Shown here piece after piece: positions 26,136 through 32,000 of a stretch of DNA of 32,000 nt. The stretch's first letter is position 1. Every line of letters begins with the position of its first letter. The DNA comes from Methanococcus maripaludis. Lineage in GTDB: Archaea > AGJL01 > Methanococci > Methanococcales > Methanococcaceae. The stretch is from positions 630,001 through 662,000 of the forward strand of contig NZ_CP026606.1 in assembly GCF_002945325.1 (NCBI RefSeq), in the 5' to 3' direction. The notes under the pieces are model-generated. The model was not told the DNA's origin. It made no database searches and saw only the letters and a list, made by a program, of their open reading frames with translations. The position numbers and the translations under genes were made by a program.

Positions 26136-26969
26136 ATGGTTGTAAAAATAGGTATTTTAAAATGTGGAAACATAGGAATGTCCCCTGTAGTTGATCTTTG
26201 CTTAGACGAAAGAGCTGACAGAAACGACATTGATGTTAGAGTTTTAGGTAGCGGAGCTAAAATGGGCCCTGAACAAGTAGAAGAAGTTGCTAAAAAAATG
26301 GTTGAAGAAATAAAACCAGACTTCATTGTATACATTGGTCCAAATCCTGCTGCACCAGGTCCAAAAAAAGCTAGAGAAATCTTAAGCGCTGGCGGAATCC
26401 CTGCAGTTATCATTGGTGACGCACCAGGTATCAAAGACAAAGACGCTATGGCAGAAGAAGGACTCGGATACGTTTTAATCAAATGCGACCCTATGATCGG
26501 TGCTAGAAGACAGTTCTTAGACCCTGTTGAAATGGCAATGTTCAATGCTGATGTAATCAGAGTTTTAGCTGGAACCGGTGCTTTAAGAGTTGTACAAAAC
26601 GCTATTGATGATATGGTATTTGCAGTTGAAGAAGGAAAAGAAATACCATTACCAAAAATCGTAATCACCGAACAAAAAGCAGTTGAAGCAATGGACTTTG
26701 CAAACCCATACGCAAAAGCAAAAGCTATGGCTGCATTTGTAATGGCTGAAAAAGTAGCAGATATTGATGTTAAAGGATGTTTCATGACCAAAGAAATGGA
26801 AAAATACATCCCAATCGTTGCATCCGCACACGAAACAATAAGATACGCTGCAAAATTAGTTGACGAAGCTAGAGAGTTAGAAAAAGCAACAGACGCTGTT
26901 TCAAGAAAACCTCACGCAGGCGACGGAAAAATCTTAAACAAATGTAAATTAATGACAAAACCAGAATAA
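26136..26969 (+). CDS. mtd: F420-dependent methylenetetrahydromethanopterin dehydrogenase
   Basis: VVKIGILKCGNIGMSPVVDLCLDERADR...IGPNPAAPGPKKAREIL... is the highly conserved Mtd sequence. Confidence 0.97.
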   Translation: MVVKIGILKCGNIGMSPVVDLCLDERADRNDIDVRVLGSGAKMGPEQVEEVAKKMVEEIKPDFIVYIGPNPAAPGPKKAREILSAGGIPAVIIGDAPGIKDKDAMAEEGLGYVLIKCDPMIGARRQFLDPVEMAMFNADVIRVLAGTGALRVVQNAIDDMVFAVEEGKEIPLPKIVITEQKAVEAMDFANPYAKAKAMAAFVMAEKVADIDVKGCFMTKEMEKYIPIVASAHETIRYAAKLVDEARELEKATDAVSRKPHAGDGKILNKCKLMTKPE

Positions 26970-27049
26970 ATTTACATTTAAATTAAAAAATTTACCAAAC
27001 CATTTCTCTTTTTTTGATTTTTAAAAAAATTTTAGATGTTTTATAGATA

Positions 27050-27679
27050 TTATTTTTGTTCGCTGTAAAATTTTGGAAGGCTCCATTTACACAGCATTGC
27101 AACAATTCTAATCATTAAAACAACGATGCTGCAAATAACTGCACTCGTCTCAAGACTTAAGTTTGATAAAATAGCCAAATAAAATGCAATTGCTCCAATT
27201 ATCGAACAGCTTGCGTAAAAGTCTTCGGTTAATGCAGAAGGTGTTTTTTGTAACAATATATCGCTTATAATTCCACCACCAACTCCCGTTAACGTTGCAA
27301 GTATAATTATTCCAAAAAATGATACATCAAAGTTATATGCAATCATTGCACCTGTTGTTGTAAATGCAGAAAGGCCAACTGCATCGGGAACTTGTATGAT
27401 ATATTTGTTGCTTACATCCTCATTAAAAACCTTAAAAATTACTATTGCAAACCATACTCCAATTAATGCAACACCCATATCGTTTGGAGATCTTAATGCA
27501 TAGGGAATTGTATTTACAAGTAAATCCCTTGTAATTCCCCCGCCAAGTGCAGTCATAATTCCAAGAACTATTATTCCAAGTAAATCTAAGCCTTTTTTAA
27601 TTCCTTTTAATGCGCCAACTACTGCAAATGCTAAAAGACCGATTATATTCATTATAAAAAATATGTTTTCTGTAATCAT
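27050..27679 (-). CDS. TRIC/UPF0126 (YadS-like) membrane protein
   Basis: GLDLLGIIVLGIMTALGGGITRDLL and LTGVGGGIISDILL internal repeats; start at MITENIFF. Confidence 0.85.
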   Translation of the reverse strand: MITENIFFIMNIIGLLAFAVVGALKGIKKGLDLLGIIVLGIMTALGGGITRDLLVNTIPYALRSPNDMGVALIGVWFAIVIFKVFNEDVSNKYIIQVPDAVGLSAFTTTGAMIAYNFDVSFFGIIILATLTGVGGGIISDILLQKTPSALTEDFYASCSIIGAIAFYLAILSNLSLETSAVICSIVVLMIRIVAMLCKWSLPKFYSEQK

Positions 27680-27878
27680 GTTTTTTCCACGTGTTTTAAA
27701 TGATAAATACACTCAAAGCATTGCAGTTATATATTTTTAATGCCCGTATACCTGTAACATATAATATACTTGATAAATTTATAATTATAATGATTTTAAA
27801 TAGTATTAAACTTAAAAAATGATGAAAAATAATATTCAAAGATTTGCGAAGTATTATAATTATTACTCGGGTGTAAAA

Positions 27879-28619
27879 ATGATTTTAAGTATTGATATAG
27901 GTTCAACTACAACAAAATTTGTACTGATGGAAAATAATGAAATAATAGATTATAAAATAAAAGATTTGGGCGTAGTAATCGAGGAAAGTGACGTTTTAAA
28001 AATGGTTGAAGAATTTAAAAAAGGAAGAAATATCGAAAAAACTGTTGCGACAGGTTACGGAAGGCATAAAATATCTTTTGCAGATAAGGTTGTTCCAGAA
28101 GTAATTGCCCTTGGAAAAGGTGCAAACTATTTTTTTAAAGATGCTGATGGATTAATTGATATTGGAGGACAGGACAGCAAAGTTTTAAAACTAAAAGATG
28201 GACAGGTCGTCGATTTTATTCTATCGGACAAGTGTGCTGCTGGAACTGGAAAATTTTTAGAAAAATGCATAGATATTTTAAATTTAGATAAAGAATTAAA
28301 TGAATATTCCTCTACCAATTATGCAAAAATATCCTCCATGTGCGCTGTTTTTGCGGAAAGTGAGATAATATCCCTCCTTTCTAAAAAAATACCCAAAGAA
28401 GAAATTATAATGGGAATATATGACAGTATATCAAATAGAATCGTTCCAATGGTTAAAAGAATGAAGCTTGAAAATATTGTATTTAGTGGAGGGGTTGCTA
28501 AAAACAAAATTTTAATTCAAGTACTTGAAAAACACCTTGGAAAAACACTGTTAATTCCGGAAGAACCGCAAATTGTTTGCGCAGTTGGAGCCTGTATTAT
28601 GGCTTTGGAAAAACCTTAA
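27879..28619 (+). CDS. 2-hydroxyacyl-CoA dehydratase activase-like ATPase (HgdC/BadF family)
   Basis: ILSIDIGSTTTKFVL, GLIDIGGQDSKVLK, DKCAAGTGKFLE, CAVFAESEI, VFSGGVAKN. Confidence 0.92.
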   Translation: MILSIDIGSTTTKFVLMENNEIIDYKIKDLGVVIEESDVLKMVEEFKKGRNIEKTVATGYGRHKISFADKVVPEVIALGKGANYFFKDADGLIDIGGQDSKVLKLKDGQVVDFILSDKCAAGTGKFLEKCIDILNLDKELNEYSSTNYAKISSMCAVFAESEIISLLSKKIPKEEIIMGIYDSISNRIVPMVKRMKLENIVFSGGVAKNKILIQVLEKHLGKTLLIPEEPQIVCAVGACIMALEKP

Positions 28620-28746
28620 ATTTCATTGTTTTTTTAATTTTTTAGTATATTTTTATTTTTCAAATTGCATGTTTATCATTTTTAATAACCATATGAATAT
28701 ATACCAGAATCTATAATGATTAATCATGATAGATTGAGGTAAAACC

Positions 28747-29340
28747 ATGCAAGAAAAGTACACGACAATATTTGATACAAGTGCAAATCCTGCCCCACTT
28801 GGACTCATGGGTTTTGGAATGACGACCGTGTTGTTAAATTTACACAATATTGGGTTATTTGAACTTAGCTCGATGATTCTTGCAATGGGAATATGTTACG
28901 GAGGATTAGCACAGGTAATCGTCGGAATAATGGAATGGAAAAAAGGAAATACGTTTGGAACATTAGCATTTACATCATATGGGCTATTCTGGCTCAGTCT
29001 TGTCGTAATTTTAACGTTACCAAAATTAGGACTTGGAAATGCACCTTCACCCCTTGAAATGGCATTTTATTTAGGTTTATGGGGACTATTCACATTAGGA
29101 ATGTTTTTTGGAACATTCAAAACAAACAGGGCCCTTCAATTTGTATTTGGAACCCTTACAATATTATTCTTATTACTTGCAACAGGAGATATTACTGGAA
29201 ATTTAACAGTAACTCGTGTTGCAGGACTGGTAGGAATAATCTGCGGATCTTCTGCAATCTATACTGGATTTGCAGAAGTTTTAAATGAAACATATCAAAA
29301 AACAGTGCTCCCAATATTCCCTGTAACTAAAAAACCTTAA
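28747..29340 (+). CDS. GPR1/FUN34/YaaH (SatP) family acetate transporter
   Basis: [21 protein letters not shown] signature and six hydrophobic segments. Confidence 0.92.
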   Translation: MQEKYTTIFDTSANPAPLGLMGFGMTTVLLNLHNIGLFELSSMILAMGICYGGLAQVIVGIMEWKKGNTFGTLAFTSYGLFWLSLVVILTLPKLGLGNAPSPLEMAFYLGLWGLFTLGMFFGTFKTNRALQFVFGTLTILFLLLATGDITGNLTVTRVAGLVGIICGSSAIYTGFAEVLNETYQKTVLPIFPVTKKP

Positions 29341-29429
29341 CTTTCATTGTTCTTTTTCGATTAGCTTAATTATATATAAGCGATTTTAAAAAATTAATAT
29401 TGTGCATTCAAATATTTGGGGGAATATCT

Positions 29430-29744
29430 ATGAATGGGGAATTATTTCTAATCTTAATTATAAGTCAACTTGTTTTATGGATTTTTGTAACTAAAATAAG
29501 ACTTGGAAAATCTGTTTCTTTTGTTTTTGGATCTATTTTGATAATTTTAGCATATTACCGACTATTATTTATGGATCCAGATATAGAGCTGGTTTGTTCA
29601 GCAAACAATTTTGGAATTATTAAAAATGGAATTATTAACTGTAGTTTATCTTCAAAAGAATTATTTCTTGTTGCAATTGTCCCTTGGGTTGGGTATCTAT
29701 GCAATGCATATATTCTAAAGGTAAAACAGTTCACTAAATTTTAA
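29430..29744 (+). CDS. Small membrane protein
   Basis: Three hydrophobic helices; start MNGELFL preceded by GGGGG. Confidence 0.6.
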   Translation: MNGELFLILIISQLVLWIFVTKIRLGKSVSFVFGSILIILAYYRLLFMDPDIELVCSANNFGIIKNGIINCSLSSKELFLVAIVPWVGYLCNAYILKVKQFTKF

Positions 29745-29969
29745 ATTTTTAACTTTTTTGAATTATTTTTTGGATTTTTTCGTTTTTTAAGTTTTTATCG
29801 AGGTACTATCGTTATTTTTAATCTTTCTAATCGTATATTTGCCATTAACTAATTTAATAGATACGTTTATATTTTATAAATAAAAGCTTATAGATAAGGT
29901 AAACCTTGGCTAAATGCCGTATCATTAATAAATCTAATAACTAACTTTCAATTAAAAATGGTGAAAATA

Positions 29970-31091
29970 ATGGAAGAACTAAAATCCATAAAAAAAATTA
30001 GCGAAGCATTCGCAGGCAGAAAAAATGAATTATACGGCCAAAAAGATGAAGGAAGAAAAGTATTTGGATTATTTTGTACATTTGTTCCAACAGAATTAAT
30101 TTTAGCAGCTAATGCAGTTCCTGTAGGGCTTTGCGGTGGAAAAGAAAGTACAATACCATCAGCAGAAGAAATTTTACCAAGAAATATCTGTCCTTTGATA
30201 AAATCATCATTTGGATTTAAAAAAGACAAAGCTTGCCCGTACATTGAAGCATCTGACGTGATAATTGGAGAAACTACGTGCGATGGAAAGAAAAAAATGT
30301 TTGAACACCTCGCTGAAATGACCAAACTCCACATAATGCAGTTACCACACTTTAGAGACGACAGATCTGCAAAACTGTGGCTTGCTGAAGTTGAAGAGTT
30401 GAAAAAATTAATTGAAGAAGAAACCGGAAACGAAATTACTGAAGAAAAATTAAAAGAAGCTATCGATAAAGTGAACAATGTAAGAAAGCTTTTTTACAAA
30501 ATTTACGAATTAAGAGCAAACAATCCATCCCCGATAAATGGAAAAGATTCTTTAAAATTATTCCAACTTTCATATCTGTTAGACATAAACACTATCGAAT
30601 CAGTTCTTGAAGATTTAGTTGAAGAACTTGAAGAAAGAGTTAAAAAAGGCGAAGGATATTCCGGAAAAAGAATTTTAATTGCAGGTTGTCCAATGGTTGC
30701 AGGAAACACGAAAATCCCTGAACTCATTGAAGATACAGGTGCAGTAGTTGTTGGAGAAGAAAGCTGTACTGGAACAAGACAGTATGAAAACTACGTTGAA
30801 GGATACACGATTGAAAAATTAGCTGACAGGTACTTTAAAATCCCTTGTGCATGCAAATTCAGCAACGAAGAAAGAATTGAAAGAATTAAAGAACTTGTAA
30901 AAGAACAGAACGCTGACGGTGTTGTATACTACACCCTCCAGTACTGCCACACATTTAACGTGGAAGGTGCTTTAATTGAAAAAGAACTCAAAAAAGCAGG
31001 AATTCCAATCATTAGAGTAGAAACTGACTACTCAGAAAGCGATAAAGAACAGTTAAAAACAAGAATTGAAGCATTTGTTGAAATGATTTAA
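29970..31091 (+). CDS. HgdB-like / double-cubane-cluster reductase family protein
   Basis: [92 protein letters not shown]. Confidence 0.88.
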   Translation: MEELKSIKKISEAFAGRKNELYGQKDEGRKVFGLFCTFVPTELILAANAVPVGLCGGKESTIPSAEEILPRNICPLIKSSFGFKKDKACPYIEASDVIIGETTCDGKKKMFEHLAEMTKLHIMQLPHFRDDRSAKLWLAEVEELKKLIEEETGNEITEEKLKEAIDKVNNVRKLFYKIYELRANNPSPINGKDSLKLFQLSYLLDINTIESVLEDLVEELEERVKKGEGYSGKRILIAGCPMVAGNTKIPELIEDTGAVVVGEESCTGTRQYENYVEGYTIEKLADRYFKIPCACKFSNEERIERIKELVKEQNADGVVYYTLQYCHTFNVEGALIEKELKKAGIPIIRVETDYSESDKEQLKTRIEAFVEMI

Positions 31092-31133
31092 TGATTTAAA
31101 AATTATTTTTTTCTTAATTTTTCAGGTGGTATT

Positions 31134-31961
31134 TTGAACTTTCAAAAAATAGCGCTGTTTTTGGTATTGTTACTTTCAATATCCTGTTTCAGCGGCTGTA
31201 TGGATAATTCTGGCGAAGTTTCAGAGCCAGTTACAATTAAAATGGCAGGTGGAACTGCATTAATACCAATAATCGAAGATATTTCAAAAGAATATATGTT
31301 AGAAAATAATAATGTCCAGATAGAAGTTACAGGTGGCGGTTCTGGTTTTGGAGTTAAAGAAACTGGTGAGGGCCATTTAACAATTGGAATGGCAGGAAGA
31401 AACTTAAAATCTGAAGAAAAAGAACTTTATAATGATATTACTGTTTATAAAATTGGTCTTGATGGAATTGCAATAATTACAAGCAATGAAAATAATATTT
31501 CGGATTTAACTACTGAACAGGTACAAAAAATTTATTCTGGTGAAATTACTAACTGGAAAAATGTTGGTGGAAGTGACCATACTATAAATGTATACACCAG
31601 AGAAGAAGATAGCGGTACAAGAGATACTTTCTGGAAAGAAGGACTTTTGAAAAGCAATATCTCTAAAAAAGCACTGATGGTCGCATCGAATGGAGAAATG
31701 AAATCAAAAGTTTCTTTAGATGAAAACGGAATAGGATACGTTTCAATAGGATACGTTGATGAGTCGATCAATACTGTAAAATTCAATGGAATAGATCCCA
31801 CTCAAGAAAATGTTAAAGAAGGGCTTTATACCATATATCGGCCTTTAAATTTGCTTACAAAAGGGGAACCTGACGAAAATGTTAAAAAATTCATCGAATA
31901 TGTTTTAAGTGAAAAAGGTCAAGAAATCGTGAAAAACGATGGATTTTTACCAGTAAATTAA
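31134..31961 (+). CDS. PstS-like phosphate ABC transporter substrate-binding lipoprotein
   Basis: Lipobox-like SCFSGCMD; GGTALIPIIEDISKEYM, VTGGGSGFGVKE, RNLKSEE, YTREEDSGTRDTFW. Confidence 0.9.
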   Translation: MNFQKIALFLVLLLSISCFSGCMDNSGEVSEPVTIKMAGGTALIPIIEDISKEYMLENNNVQIEVTGGGSGFGVKETGEGHLTIGMAGRNLKSEEKELYNDITVYKIGLDGIAIITSNENNISDLTTEQVQKIYSGEITNWKNVGGSDHTINVYTREEDSGTRDTFWKEGLLKSNISKKALMVASNGEMKSKVSLDENGIGYVSIGYVDESINTVKFNGIDPTQENVKEGLYTIYRPLNLLTKGEPDENVKKFIEYVLSEKGQEIVKNDGFLPVN

Positions 31962-32000
31962 AATTTACCTTTTTATTTTTCTATTTTTTTAGTAGTAATT

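Noticed and set aside
26093-26831. Minus-strand ORFs opposite mtd (26093..26809, 26649..26831)
   Set aside because: mtd is unmistakable; the antisense frame is open because of codon bias in a highly expressed gene.
1-32000. CRISPR array or diversity-generating retroelement
   Set aside because: No regularly spaced identical repeats were seen, and no reverse transcriptase or VR/TR pair is visible. The only clear repeats are the ~245-bp duplication and the 34-bp pair.

Overview
The window looks like Methanococcus (M. maripaludis-like) chromosome carrying an integrated element. Roughly 1-13.6 kb is a one-directional (minus strand) provirus-like block. It contains a truncated large secreted protein, a 752-aa secreted/anchored protein and a Thr/Asn-rich 194-aa protein that both carry PEGA-like repeats, a run of small membrane proteins, a Zot/AAA-like ATPase with an unusual P-loop, many small early ORFs including a recent ~240-bp duplication, and a putative replication protein with a C-terminal zinc ribbon. 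A divergent winged-helix regulator at 13.7 kb faces this block across a perfect 10+10 bp inverted repeat. From 14 to 23.4 kb lies a cargo/defence segment: an Apea/HEPN-like protein with an RxxxxH motif, a tiny 33+93 aa bicistron, a PD-(D/E)XK-like protein paired with a small membrane-anchored protein, a Kiwa-like kwaA-kwaB pair, a BsuBI/PstI-type restriction-modification pair, and a tyrosine integrase with an upstream partner gene. At about 23.53-23.62 kb, next to the proposed boundary, I read an unannotated C/D-box sRNA candidate with an unusual hairpin between D' and C'. From about 23.65 kb onward are host genes: radical SAM protein, Nob1, Mtd, TRIC/UPF0126 protein, HgdC-like activase, acetate transporter, HgdB/double-cubane-like protein and PstS-like protein. 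All family assignments come from motifs and recalled family features; no search was run.
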